From the NCBI GenBank assembly GCA_964187785.1, contig OZ076409.1, positions 33,048,001 to 33,112,000 of the forward strand: DNA of 64,000 nt, read 5' to 3'. Positions within the stretch are counted from its first letter, which is position 1; each line of letters opens with the position of its first letter. This document shows positions 1 to 13,200 of the stretch, one piece after another. The stretch is from Amphiscolops sp. MND2022 (lineage: Eukaryota). The position numbers were made by a program, and so were the translations under genes. Under the pieces are notes generated by a model. That model searched no databases. It had not been told where the DNA came from and saw nothing but the letters and a program-made list of their open reading frames with translations.

Positions 1-1975
1 CATGCGGGCGAAACCTGGTAGGTTCCAAATAAGGTCTTCAAAAATTTTTATTTAAGTTGCGCTTTTTACACTCTCAGGACAGTACAAAAATCGTTTGTTT
101 TCGCCAAGAATTCGGTACTTCTCGGTTTTCTAATGTTCCGAATGGTTTTGTCAGCAGTGGATAGAAGTATAACAAGTTTATTCAGGGGCTTGGGTTTGTT
201 CCAATAATTAGTTTAGTTTCAATAACACTCAGGTCTTTGGTGTCCCTCTGCTCAGGCCTGTATGTAACAAAAGAAAGGGATTGATAAAGTTTTAATTTAT
301 ATTGGGGAAAGCAAAATAACCGTCGTGGCACTAGTGTTACTTGTCGCCAAGCTCGATAACAAAATTTTTGGGCCTCTTCAATGGCTTGGGAGTTGTCGCC
401 CAAGGCTTTGCCCCTGTCAAATTGTGTCAAAATGGCCGAATTTGACAATTTTTGAAAAGGTTTTGCAAAATTTTTCGTTTTTTTCGAAAAACTGGCCCAG
501 CAACATTTTTTGTTCCTGACCCGGTGGGTCTATTGGAATGTTTTTCTAGTATTCCCACTGGCCGTACTTTGTTTAACAACATTTTGGTCTTAAAAATTAA
601 AAATTTCGGTATTCGAGCCAAAAATAGCTTTATTTTCTAGGTTTTCGAGCTCAAATTTTTTAACAGCTAGTTCAAACACCCTCTGGGTTTTTGTCTCAGT
701 TAGTTATTGTGGAAATAGGCCTGGAAATACTCTTTTTGGGTCGTTAAAAGCGATAGGAATGAAATAACCCAGCTGTCTTCGTAGATTCGGCAGTTGCAGG
801 GGAGGTGGAGGTCACAGCGTGAAGTGTCTGACGCCTTGTACTCAGGTGGTTGGGGCGTTCACAAATTGTCCTCTCGGTCCCTGTACAATGCCAATTAGCT
901 GAGAATAATTTGAAACAGGTTCCGGATAGGCCGGAATTGCTTTTTTATTAGGTACAAGTAAGGTTAAAGGCGGTACACCGTTAGAAACTGTTAATTTCTC
1001 GTGGTAGACCTCAGAAACATACAGGAAACGCCGGAACAACAATAGTACAAAGCCCAGAGGGCTAGAAAAAGATTATAAAAACAATCTAGGACCCTCCCTC
1101 AAGCTTTTCCTAGATCAGGACCGGAAAGCAGAAGTTGCTCCTACTTGTACGCAAACTGAAAAATATCCCTCTGTGGTCGCCATAAAAACTATTCCAGATG
1201 TAACGACCGGCTAGCGACGCACATCTAGGAAGACGGACAAAGCCTAGGATGCTCAAACAGGAGACCGTTGTCTTACTACATACCTAGACACTAGTTTTTG
1301 ATCCCAAAATGGTCTCCTGTAAAAACGTTCCCTAATATTTCCAATGCGTTCCAACAACTTCCTACATACTTCCGAGGTCCAAAAAGGTGTTTAACTAAAA
1401 TACATTATATTGAGTGAATAAGGACTAAAATGGAGACCTACTAGGTCTAACATTATCCAAATACTCAGAAAATAGCAATAAACACGGGGATAAGAACCAA
1501 TTCTTTTACAGTTCATCGTCGTCCGTCGAATTTCTGCCTCTGACATCATTCTTCATCATCGGGCACTTTTTCGGAGAGATGGCACAACACTCCGATCTGC
1601 TCGTTCTTTTCTTCTGATCTCTTTCAATTTTCCCTCGCATTCTTCTTTTTTTTTGGTATTTTTCCACGTGCTCTCTTCTTTGCTCTGTCATCGCGTGGCT
1701 TCCTTTTTCGTTCATGTACTCGTACCTGCCAGGTCGGCCCTTTTGATTGTTCCTTATTCATATCGCACATTTCGAATTTTTCATCGAAATTTTGTCATGC
1801 CGGTGGCAGACGTTACATGTCAAGAATGAGCAATATTTGTGGGTTGATATTTAAAATTGGACATATGAATTCGACTCACTGTCTTCTTTTGTTATATAAT
1901 TTTCATGCTAAATCGATCATACTGTAAGGACTCCTGTTATGTGGACGATTAACCTATCTCGGAAAGTCTGTATAG

Positions 1976-2060
1976 TTAACAATTGTATTTTCCACAATCT
2001 GTACTTTTGTTAACAATCTGTTTAACAATCTGTTTAGCAATGGTTAACAATCTGTATTTT
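1976..2060. repeat. short degenerate tandem repeat (TTAACAATCTGT-like, ~12 bp)
   Basis: Several consecutive AACAATCTGT units, e.g. gttaacaatctgtttaacaatctgtttagcaatggttaacaatctgt. Confidence 0.6.
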
Positions 2061-2327
2061 CAATTCTTCACTGAAGAAGTATCGATGGAACTTATCGAAT
2101 AATTGAGACACTCTTCTTGAGCATAACCAGCAAGCTGACAAAGCAAAATTTCATTACCACACCAGGCGGCGAAAGCCTTTTGCAGGCAATTTGTCGGCAT
2201 ATTCTTGGTCCCAGTTTCCAGAAACTGAAACCGTATTAACCCATGCCCTCGGATTCCGAAAAACGACCAATTTCGAGACGTGGTTTCCGCAAAAACAGTG
2301 CTGATTTGCAAAATTCACACGCTTTAA

Positions 2328-2637
2328 GACCCCGGGTTTCCCTCCCATACAAAAGCAGGTCAACCATACTCTGCCATCATACTCACAATATGATTGCAGG
2401 ATGATCATACTCTGGACAATAAAGGTTTATTGTTCCAGGCTGATCAAACTCTGGATACATATGGTCCAGTCTATGATCAGCCTGGAACCATAAAAAGCAA
2501 AGTTTATGGTTCCAGCCTGACCATATTCTGGGCCATATTTGGTTCAGTCTATTTTCAGCCTGGAACCATAAACCTTCATTGCCCAGAGTATGGTCAGCCT
2601 GGAGCCATAAAAAGAAAATTAGGATAATGTAGTCAAT
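2328..2637. repeat. ~310-bp direct repeat, copy 1, with internal inverted repeats
   Basis: Near-identical to 8181-8490 (gacc(c)cgggtttccctccc...ggataatgtagtcaat). Internal inverted repeat GTTCCAGGCTGATCA (2432-2446) / TGATCAGCCTGGAAC (2474-2488). Confidence 0.95.
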
Positions 2638-2799
2638 ACATGACAATATGTCAAGCCAGAATTTCAATGGTTTTTATTTCAGATTACATGACGGTAATAA
2701 TAATGTAATAAAGTAATCACAAAGTCGTTTTAATGTTTCTTCTGTTTCAGATGTTTTTGGTCTTTGATTCCTTTACTTTCTTGTTCTTCTCTTCTTTTT

Positions 2800-5700
2800 C
2801 TATCTGCATAACTATGTCAATCCCGTAGCGCTCCGTTGGTTGTCTTCGACGCGTTTCTCTTTGCGGGGGCTCCACGTCACTGATGCCTTCACGGCCTTCT
2901 TCTTTCCTTTTCCAGGAATATTCTCTTCGGTTGGGATTGGCTCTTCCGGTTGACTGGCATTTCCTGAGGGATTCTTATTCCTTCACTTTCGGTCTCGACT
3001 GCATCAGGCCTCGACTCCTCTTAATTGTCCGTCCCATTCTTTGTCTCCACATTCTGTGATTGTGGTGTCCGTTGGCGTTGATTCATCGTCCCTTGTTTCC
3101 TCGGATACGACGTATGTTTCATCTTCCGTTGACTCCTCCATTTCCTCCCATCTTGTGGACGGCCCAGCTTGGTCTTCTCTTAGGCGTTTCACGCTTTTCT
3201 TCTGCGGCGTTGTCTTCACCACATCCCGTTTGGAGTAGACTACTTCCTTTTTTCCACCTTTAGGGAGGAATGTAATGGTCTGGGCGGTCTCTTTGATTAT
3301 TTTGCATGATTTCTTCCTAAACTGCCGTTCCAAATTGGACCCCCTGGTCCTCTCTCTCACCATTATTGCTGAGTCAGTTTCCTCCTCAAAATCTGAGGTA
3401 GTGAACTTTAAGCCTGGGTCTATTTCTGAAACACCCTTAATTTTGTCTACAATATTACTTTTTACCGTATTCGGTTTTCGTCCGTACAAGTTTTCAAATG
3501 GCGATTTTCCGTCCGCTTTTTCTCCCATTCTCAACGCGTATAATATTACCGACAAACCCGACTTGTCTTTTTTCAGGACAATGTTTTTATTCGTCCTTAG
3601 ACGTTCGTTTATGGTTCGGATCAGTCGCACAATTTTGCCATTTCCCCGGTGATCGCGCACTGGGCTGGTTATGTGATATATTTCGAATTTGCAGCAAATG
3701 TTTTGAACTCTTCGCTAGTAAATATTGTGCCCGGATCAGATCTAAATTGCGTTGGTATACTGTACTGTGATGTGTAAATTTTATTTAAAATGCAATTACT
3801 TTCTTGGTTGTTGGTTTATGTAAACATAAGGCGTCGGGCCATGCAGAAAGATTGTCTGTGGCTACTGACAAATATTTGTTTCAGTGTTCGTCATTTTGGA
3901 AAGGACTCGCAAAATCTAGTGCTATTTCATCGATCGGTTTTTCAAATTTTGAAGTTTTTCCGAATTCTTTCTGCTATAGAAAAGGTTTATTACTTTTACC
4001 TGCTGTGCTGCAATGATCGCTACATTATGCCGTGGTAACCAGTTCGCGGTGTATTTTGGGCCACCAGATGTCGGAGATATACCGGAACATGGTATCTCTG
4101 CCAGGTTGTCCATAATGAATCGAACTCATAATCGAAGCGTGTAATTTGGTCGGAATCACTAATCGCTCATCCACATACAGGTAATTTCTGCTATCGACAC
4201 TAAAGGAGTTGAATTTTTTGCGCCAGGGCGCAGGCAACCGAGCGATTTTTGCTCCTTTTTTCAATTTCACTAATAATTGAAAAACTTTTTTAAAACATTT
4301 TGTCAGCTTCATAATTTGCAAGTAGAAATGAATCGTTGATTTTGTCAATAACTTCTGACGTGTTATTCAGCTTGTTTTTACGCTTTTTTTGCTCGCTTCC
4401 TTCACTTAAATTTTGTACCGCACTGATTTTCCGCTCGTTCCGCTGCACGTAACTTTCCTGTGATCTGATTGGCTGATTATCTTTTCGTTCTTTTGCTTTC
4501 CCAGCGTGCGTGTGTGTTTGTGTGTCTTGCTCGCATTCTCAATACCAAATCAGGCGCAAGCGGCAGTTTCGTCGATTTTGGCGTCCGTGTCCAGTGGAGT
4601 TGTCTCATTCTCTGAATTAGCATAAATTTTTGAAATTGTATTCACGGTGAACCAGTCGTTCCATAATTTTTCAGAATTCACCGCGTTTCCTTTTTTTTGC
4701 TCGGGTGTCTTGATAAGTAATCTGCGAAACCTAGTACCCGATGCATGAATAACTTCGATTTCGAATGGCAGTAACCTATCCACCCATCTTGTTAGGCGGC
4801 TATAGATTGTTTTATTACTTCTGTTTGGTTTGAGCATTGATGCCAAGGCTTTGTGGTCCGAAATGACTTGAAATTTCACGCCGTACACGAAATTTTTAAA
4901 ATGATCGATCGCCCAAACTAGAGCTAATAGTTCCAATTCGTTAATCTAGTATTTGGATTCAAAATTTGTTGAAAATCTAGACGCAAATGACACTGGTTTC
5001 CATTCTTGGTTATTTTGCTGTTGCTGGAGTACAGCCCCTAACCCTTGTTCACTCGCATCGCAGACATTTCGCAATTTCTTATCTCTTTTAAAAAGTGTCA
5101 ATTCCGTTATTCTTTTAACTTCTTGGTTACTTTCTAAAATTGCCTTCTCATGTTTTCGCGTCTTTTCCCACTTGACTTCTTACTTCAATATTGTTCTAAT
5201 TGGTGCACAAATGTTAGCCAGGTCCGGTACAAAAGTGTTTAGTTGGTTAACTGCTCCCAGAAATGACCTCAATTCACTCAAATTACCCGGTCGTAGTCTT
5301 TCGGTGATTCCTTGCAGTTTGCCATTTACCGGGGCGATGCCTTCCCCTGACAGCTCGTATCCCAACCATTCTCTTTTTGTACAAGCTATTTTACATTTTT
5401 ATGCTCTCATTTGCAACTTCGCACTATCTAACACTATTAACACTTTCCGCACTTTTTGCATATACACTTTTTTCATCTTTTGTAACTATTAAGATATCGT
5501 CTATATACACAAATGTACAGTCCATATTTACTAGGATATGTTCATTAGTTTATGAAATTCGGTCGGCATTATTGATAGTCCGTAGTGTCCAGTTATGAAT
5601 CGGTATGTACCAGTTGATTAGCGGCTGATAATTTGGAAATTACAGTGTTTAGCATTACTTTCACCTAATGGTACCTGTCCACACGCCTATGTAATATCGA

Positions 5701-6530
5701 CTGAAGGGAACCATACTTTTCTTTCTTTTCCGTTGATTTTTTCTGCGATCATGTCCATTAGATATTCTAAATTCAGCATATGATACTTTTCTTTTGCAAT
5801 TGTGTTATTTAACGCTCTTGCGTCTAGTGCTATTTTTTACAGAACTATCTTTTTTTACAGTTATCACTACCGGTTGTATAAAAACAGCGTCTTTTATCGT
5901 ATCCACTTTTTCAATATGTCCTTGCTCTAGCAGATTTTCAATTTCCATATCTACTTGGTCTTGCAATTGTCGTGGTATTCTACGTCCTTTCTGCTGAGTG
6001 GCGCGAGTAACGTCTTTCATGCAATTCTAATTTTGTAATTGTTTACTCTACCGCGTCGCCCAAACAAATTTGTAAACTCTTCAACTAATTGCTCCGCGTC
6101 TGGACTTAGCTTAATCTCAGAATCTACACTTTCGCACAAAATGCTAGTTACAGTGTGTGTCATTGGCTTGTGTCATTGGCTGTTCGATTTTGTATTTGAG
6201 TGCTGTCAGCCAATCACGACCAACAATTGATTTCGCTCCTTTCTTCGCGACAAGCACTCTTCTCTTTCGCTTTCCCCACTTGGATACTAACGAACAAATA
6301 TCCCAACAGCGCCAGAGGACGTCTGTTAAACTCTACATATCTTTCATCATCGATCATCTCTCTGACGACTACCCAATATTTTCCAATAATGCGCTCCAGC
6401 TCGTCCACTGCGAAGATAGACACGGGCGAACCATTGTCAACGATTGCCTGGATTATCTTTCCACACATCAGGCCTTCTATCATGAACGGTTTTGCTCCTG
6501 CACCATTCACCTACAAAACTATTGAGTCGT
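2800..6530 (-). pseudogene. pol: Gypsy pol (protease, RT, RNase H, integrase), fragmented
   Basis: PR: AIVDNGSPVS (6214-6510). RT: QKGRRIP...IQPVVITVKKD, YIDD at ~5495-5506, ELRSFLGAVNQL. RNase H: CDASEQGLGAVL...ELLALVWAIDHF...SDHKAL. IN: HYGQPGRDTM, RSDPGTIF, HRGNGKIVRLIRTI. Confidence 0.92.
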
Positions 6531-6639
6531 CATCCCTTTCGTCTGATTCTTTCGATAAGTAGTTCACATTTGACATTCCTCTCCGTCTGTTCTGCAACCT
6601 CTGCTTCATCTGCTTTCTTCTTTCCTGATAATTTTGGTT

Positions 6640-7493
6640 ACATCAATTTTCAAGGTGGCCAATGATATCACAAAATTCGCATTTTTGGTTGGTGGCCGGG
6701 CATTTTTTCATGTGGCCTGTCGTGAAGTTTCCTACTCCGCAACGAAAGCATTCTCTCTTGTTGACCCTTTCCACCGCACATACCAGTTCGCTCTTGATTG
6801 CCACTTTTGAACTTTCTGCCACTCCTATCCCCATAGTCTTTTGTCTCTTGACGCCTACTTCATAGGAAATGGCATATTACAGTGCATCTTGCGGGTCATT
6901 GAAGGGTTCTACGCATAACTTCTCCTGGACTTTCTTGTTGTTCATCTTTACAATGAACACATCATGCACCAACGTTTGGGTTTTTTCGTCCAACTCACAT
7001 CTCGATGCCAGTCCATTGAGTGCGTGCCAGAACTGTTGCCAGTTACTCGTTACTTTGTTTTTTTTCTGGACAGAAACTTGTGCTTGTCTAGTGTTCTGTT
7101 ACGTGCCACATGGAAGCATTTTTTGCATCTCTGGATCATATCCCGAAATCCCAAAGTCCAAACTGAAAGATCCGGGTGTTTATCTTTAAACATTTTCCTA
7201 GCGGGTTCTCCCACCGAAAGGAATAGCCAAGTTACGACTTTTTTCTCCGCCACTTCTTCTGCCAAATACCCGATAAGTGCCTTTATCATGGGACTGTTCG
7301 CATCCGTGGTTCTTTTCAACTCCTCAATGGAGATTGAATATTTTGCCATGACTGCTACGGCAAACAAGTCAAACCATTGTTCCCATTCCATTAGCGGGGA
7401 TCTTGTGCTATCTGACCAGAACAGCGGCAGGCCGGGTAGCAATGACGGGTTCTCTTTTTGTAATGACGCAGTAGAAGCTTCTCGCAGCGCCAT
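6640..7493 (-). pseudogene. gag: Gypsy gag, frameshifted
   Basis: ORF 7050-7493 (WEQWFDLF...LFLSVGEPARKMF...HKFLSRK) and ORF 6643-6834 with the knuckles CFRCG...GHMKKCPA...CEFC...GHL. Confidence 0.85.
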
Positions 7494-8180
7494 GTTACAG
7501 ACTACTGAGAGGCAAGTAAAGAAAGAAAGAAGGGAGATAATAATGTATTACGAACTGTATCTCGATTCGAAGGCAACAGCAACTAAATGTTATGTCATGT
7601 AACTCATTTTACCATTTTTGACAGGTGTTGGTAAATACTATCTTTAATTCACTTTTAGCTTTACTGCTCTTTTTAATACTCTGTCACAGTGACATTTAGT
7701 CTTTCTGCTCACTGCTTATCAACGCAAAAACCAATTAAAGGAACAAAATGAGCTTTTTTCCGCCAAGATTTCTGAGTTTATTATCAGACCTCTGGTCACC
7801 ATCCTGAACAGTCGCTCTACACGCCCACTTCTCCGATAGTCATATGATGGAGAAACGAAACATCTGAAACCTAAGTAAAAACCAACCCGTGATCCCTTCT
7901 TATAAGCTGGTGAAATTTTTCCATTATCATTTCAAGTAAAACGTTTTCCACCATTTTTATTCACGTAAGTATCACAAATTTCAACGCCGGTTAGACCGTG
8001 TAATTATCTATTGCCCCAATAATGTATCGTTTTTTGTCTACTTGTCCGCTAAAACAGTCCAATGATCTCTAGAGGTTCAGCTACCAGAGAGTTTAGCGTG
8101 GTACTGTTGCATCGCCTTTCGAACAATTTGTCCACTTGTGCGTTGGTTAAGATTGTTACTGTTGATACAGGTTGTGAGAG

Positions 8181-8490
8181 GACCCGGGTTTCCCTCCCAT
8201 ACAAAAGCAGGTCAAGCATACTCTGCCATCATACTCACAGTATGATTCCAGGCTGATCATACTCTGGACCATAAAGGTTTATGGTTCCAGGCTGATCATA
8301 CTCTGGATATATATGGTCCAGTCTATGATCAGCCTGGAACCATAAAAAAGCAAAGTTTATGGTTCCAGCCTGACCATATTCTGGGCCATATATGGTTCAG
8401 TCTATTTTCAGCCTGGAACCATAAACCTTCATTGCCCAGAGTATGGTCAGCCTGGAGCCATAAAAAGAAAATTAGGATAATGTAGTCAAT
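8181..8490. repeat. ~310-bp direct repeat, copy 2
   Basis: Near-identical to 2328-2637; lies ~690 bp upstream of the gag start. Confidence 0.95.
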
Positions 8491-9204
8491 TAACGCATAC
8501 ACTGATGAAATTACAAGATATTCCTCAACCAAAGGTCTAATACAATCACCAAATTGAAAACAAGGTAGCAATCATCAATTTTGGGCATTTCTTGCTGAAT
8601 TATTGGTATCTTTTCTCGAAATAATCGAAAATCATACTGCAAAGTAGTATTTATGTAGCGATTTAGCTTGCAGGTGCACAGCAATGAGCTGGGACTACAG
8701 CCTTTTACGTATAACCGTACTTTAACGAAATCAAAAATGCGCTGGCATCACTATCAGAAAAGAATACAACTGGTTGAAAACTCTCAATTTAGTCCTTTCT
8801 AACTTTATAAGGTGATGAGTGCATAAAATTTGTTGGTCATCTCTCACTGGGAATTGGAGACTTCGACTGGTTTCATTCTCTGTCCCAATTGATTGTCTTT
8901 TATATTGTGTACACTAAATGTGTTAACAAGAAAAAGAAGAAGTTTACTTAATTTCAAAGTCATTAGTTAATTAAGAACCGAATAATACACTCTTCCTAGC
9001 AAAATGTAATATCAATAGAATAAATCGATAAAAATCTATTTTAGCGCGTTTTTCATTAGTTCTATTCATTATAACATATGATCAAACACAAATACTCTTA
9101 TGGAGATATATTGTTGCCATACGTTTTCATAGTTAGCAAAAACGGTTCCGTTTTTTTAGTTATAACTAAAAACCGTCCACGTTATTGCGTCCACGTTATT
9201 AGTT

Positions 9205-9480
9205 ATTGCGTCCACGTTCATCAAACAAATAGAAAGTTTTTTGATTAATGTAGCTCAATTTGTATCCAACATTTAAGAAAATTCCATGCGATTTTATGTA
9301 TGGCGACACATGATTCCGTAAAATGATTTCATAGTTTCTATATATAGAAACTATGAAATCATTTTACGGAATCATGTGTCGCCATACATAAAATCGCATG
9401 GAATTTTCTTAAATGTTGGATACAAATTGAGCTACATTAATCAAAAAACTTTCTATTTGTTTGATGAACGTGGACGCAAT
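9205..9480. repeat. perfect 276-bp palindrome (138-bp arms, no spacer)
   Basis: attgcgtccacgttcatc...tttctata|tatagaaa...gatgaacgtggacgcaat, centred at 9342/9343. The arms read as exact reverse complements. Confidence 0.97.
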
Positions 9481-10244
9481 GTGAATTTGAGTTGGGGTCG
9501 AAATTATTGTCAAAAGATATGAGAAATCATTACGTCATCAAACGTTCAATGTCTATTTGCGCATTTCTTTTTCACGGTTCTTTCCTTTGTTAGCTCGAAT
9601 TGATCTTTGACTGAATTTTATTGAATTTTATTGGATCAAAATGCCGCCCACTGAGATTTTGTCGTCAAACTTTTTCAGGCAATATGCATAGTGAATCTTA
9701 AGAACGCACCTGCTCGAAGGGCGATAAATTGAGTTCACTACTACTTATTTCGGGGAACAGTGTGTTCAAGAATCTGAGAAAAGTGGTAAAAAATAAGTCA
9801 AATTCCAATCAGATATCAACTGTTATGAACAAAAAAGCCTTCGACTTCTGATTGCACTTTTATCACTTTACTGTGACTGATTGGAACCTTTGCAACAATT
9901 TCTTTGAGCATGGTTTTCATTTAATTTGACAAATTTCGCTACAAAACACAATGCTCTGAAGCATTTTATTTACGAGAAACTTCCATAGAGTAAGAAGTAT
10001 TTTGGTTCGAGCTCATAAAGTTGATAGCCGAGAAGAGTTAAGGAAATAGAGGTCTGGGCGGTAATAGAGGTCTCGGCGAAGGAGACTCGGCATAGGTCGT
10101 CGAAAGACATGCTTTAGCATGCCAACCTAACGGTGGGTGTTAAAAACAGTAAGTGGCGTCGCCTATTTCAATCATTAGTGACATGAAATTTCAAAAAAAA
10201 GTTACCCTGTATTATGCATTTCGTAGCCGTTCTATCACAAGCTG

Positions 10245-13200
10245 TTTAACCTCGACAGTACACCGAGGAATCAAAAAATTGGCAAAATTTTCGCAAAATT
10301 TCTTCAAAGCTTCATTTCTCCACAAATAATAGCTGCAGCTCCAATCGATTTTCTGTTCCTGAAAGACCTATACCTAAGCTTTCAAATGCACACTGGTTAG
10401 GTGTTGAGTTGGCGCCACTTGTTGGGGTGGGAGCGACAACCCGGCGGCGCGGGCACAACTGCGCCGGGCCTTCCAAATATCGCTTGAACTCGTAACTAAA
10501 GCTTCATTGAAAAAACTTCAATATGCGTTTTCAATGGTGGCAAACTGTGTTACTAGAGTGGGATAGTAACTTAGCAAACAGTTGCTCAGTTATTGTGAAA
10601 AAGAAACGAATTTCCTGAGATGTACTTTTTTGCTATTTTTCACTTTTTTCAGTTAGTTTTTTTGCCAGTGGCTCGGAAAAAAACTATATTGACACAAATA
10701 CCAATTCACACCAGATAGTCCATTAGATTGTCAATAAGAAAGACAATTTTTCGTTTTCCTTTATGCTTTTTGCGTGTCGTAATTAAATATTAATTGCGAA
10801 AAAAATCGGTGTCCTCTTTTGAGGACGAAATCACTGTCGAGGTTATACAGAAATGATGAAAAACGTAGTAGGAACCACCATCCAAACCTCCTGACTTGCT
10901 TGTTTTTGGCTGCAGACGACATTTTTATGAAAAAACGTCAATATATATTTTTTTCAATTTCCTCAGTATAAACAGAATTGATGAAAAACGTAGAAGGAAC
11001 CTTCATCCAAACGTCATAACTTGCTTGTTTTTGACTAAAGACGACATTTTCATGAAAAAAGCCATTAGGTTTTTTTCGATTTCCTCAGTATAACCTCGAC
11101 AGTACACCGAGAAGTCGAAAAATTGACAAAATTTTGGGAAAATGTCTTCAAAGCTTCATTTCTCTACAATTAATAGTCGCAGCTACAACCGATTTTCTGT
11201 TCCTGAAAGCCCTCTACCTAAACTTTCAAATGCACTTTAGTTAGGTAACGAGTTGGCGCCACTTGTTGGGGTAAGAGCGCCACTCCGGCGGCGCGGGTCC
11301 GGCTACGCCGGGCCTTTCAATTATCGGTTGAACTCATAACTAAAGCTTCATTAAAAGAAATGTTTTTTTTTTGCAAATTTTTACTTTTTTATCAGTTATT
11401 TTTTTGCCAGTGGCTCCGAAAAAATCTATATTGACACAAATATCAGTTCACACCAGATAGTCTAATTAGATTGTCAATAAGAAAGACAGTTTTTCGTTTT
11501 CCTTTATGCTTTTGCGTGTCGTAATATATTATAGATTGCGGAAAAAATCGCTGTCCTCAATTGAGTAAGAAATCACTGTCAAGGTTATACAGAAATGTTG
11601 AAAAACTTAGTAGGAACCAACACCCAAACGTCCGAATTTGCTTGTTTTTGGCTGAAGATGACATTTTTATGAGAAAAACGCCCATAATTTTTTTCTTCGA
11701 ATTCCTCATTATAACCTCGACAGTACACCGAGGAGTTGAAAAATTGACAAAGTTTTGGCAAAATTTCTTCACAGCTTCATTTCTCCACAAATAATAGCCA
11801 CAGCACCAATCAATTTTTTGTTCCTGAAAGTCTTTTACCTAAGCTTCCAAATACACATTAGTTAGGTCGCGAGTTGGAGCCACTTCTTGGGGTGAGAGCG
11901 CCACACCTGCGGCGCGGGCACAGCTGCACCGGGCCTTTCAAATATCGTTTGAACTCATAACTAATGCTTCATTGAATAATACTTCAATACGCGTTTTCAA
12001 TGGTGACAAACTGTGTTACTAGAGTGGGAGAGTAACTTAGCAAACAGTTGCTCAGTTATTGAGAAAAAACGAATTTTCTGAAATGTTTTTTTTTTGCAAA
12101 TTTTCACTTTTTTTCAGTTACTTTTTTGCCAGTGCCTCGGGAAAAAAATCTATAATGACACAAGTAACAGTTCACACCAGATAGTCGCTTAGATTGTCAA
12201 TAAGAAAGACATACTTCGTTTTCCTCTATGCTTTTTGCGTGTTGTATTGTATTATTGATTGCGAAAAAAATCGCTGTCCTCATTTGAGGACAAAATCACT
12301 GTCGACGTTATCCAGAAATGATGAAAAACGTAGTAGGAACCACCATCCAAACGTCCTATTTTGCTTGTTTTTGGCTGAAGATGTCATTTTTAGCAAAAAC
12401 GCCATATTTTTTTCCATTTCCTCAGTTTAAGCTCGGCAGTAGACAGTAACTTAGCAAACAGTTGCTCAGTTATTGAGAAAAAAACGAATTTTCTGGAAAG
12501 TACTTTTTTGCAATTTTTCACTTCTTCTTCAGTTGCTTTTTTGCCAGTGGCTTGGAAAAAATCAATATTGATAGAAATAACAATTCACACCAGATATTCC
12601 ATTTAGATTGTCATTAAAAAAGACAATTTTTGTTTTCCTCTAAGCTTTTTGCGTGTCGTAATTTATTATTGATTGCGAAAAAAATCGCTTTCCTCATTTC
12701 AGTACGAAATCACTGTCAAGGTTATACAGAAATGCTGAAAAACGTAGTAGGAACCACCATCCAAACGTCCTATCTTGCTTGTTTTTGGCTGCAGACGACA
12801 TTTTGACGAAAGTAACACCAGGAAATTTTTCTCGATTTCCTCATTGTAACCTTGACAGTACATCGAGAAGTCGAAAAATTGACAAATTTTTGGCAAAATT
12901 TCTTCAAAGCTTCCTTCCTCCACAAATACTAGCCGCAGCACCAATCGGTTTTCTGTTCCTGAAAGCCCTTTACCAAAGCTCTCAAATACACATTAGTTAG
13001 GTCGCGAGTTGGCGCCACTTGTTGGGGTGAGAGAGCGACGCCTGCGGCGCGGGCACGACTGCGCCGGGGCTTTCAAACTCAAAGCCAAAGCTTCATTGAA
13101 ACAAACCTCTATATGCGTTTTCAATGGTGGCAAACTGTGGTACTAGACTGGGACAGTAACTTAGCAAACAGTTGCTCAGTTGTTAAGAAGAAAACGAATT

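Larger units (their letters stand above)
2800..7493 (-). mobile_element. decayed Ty3/Gypsy retrotransposon, Mag-like
   Basis: Domain order gag-PR-RT-RNaseH-IN on the minus strand. The Gag N-terminus and double Cys-His knuckle resemble the Mag clade. Many stops and frameshifts. Confidence 0.9.

Noticed and set aside
1..2320. Short ORFs as host exons (e.g. 1506-1715, 2060-2311)
   Set aside because: No recognisable domain or consistent exon chain; cannot be supported without a search.
10030..10165. Small hairpins and a duplicated AATAGAGGTCT just before the array, as a Helitron/Helentron end
   Set aside because: No CTRR terminus or matching partner end was found, and the hairpins are short enough to be chance.
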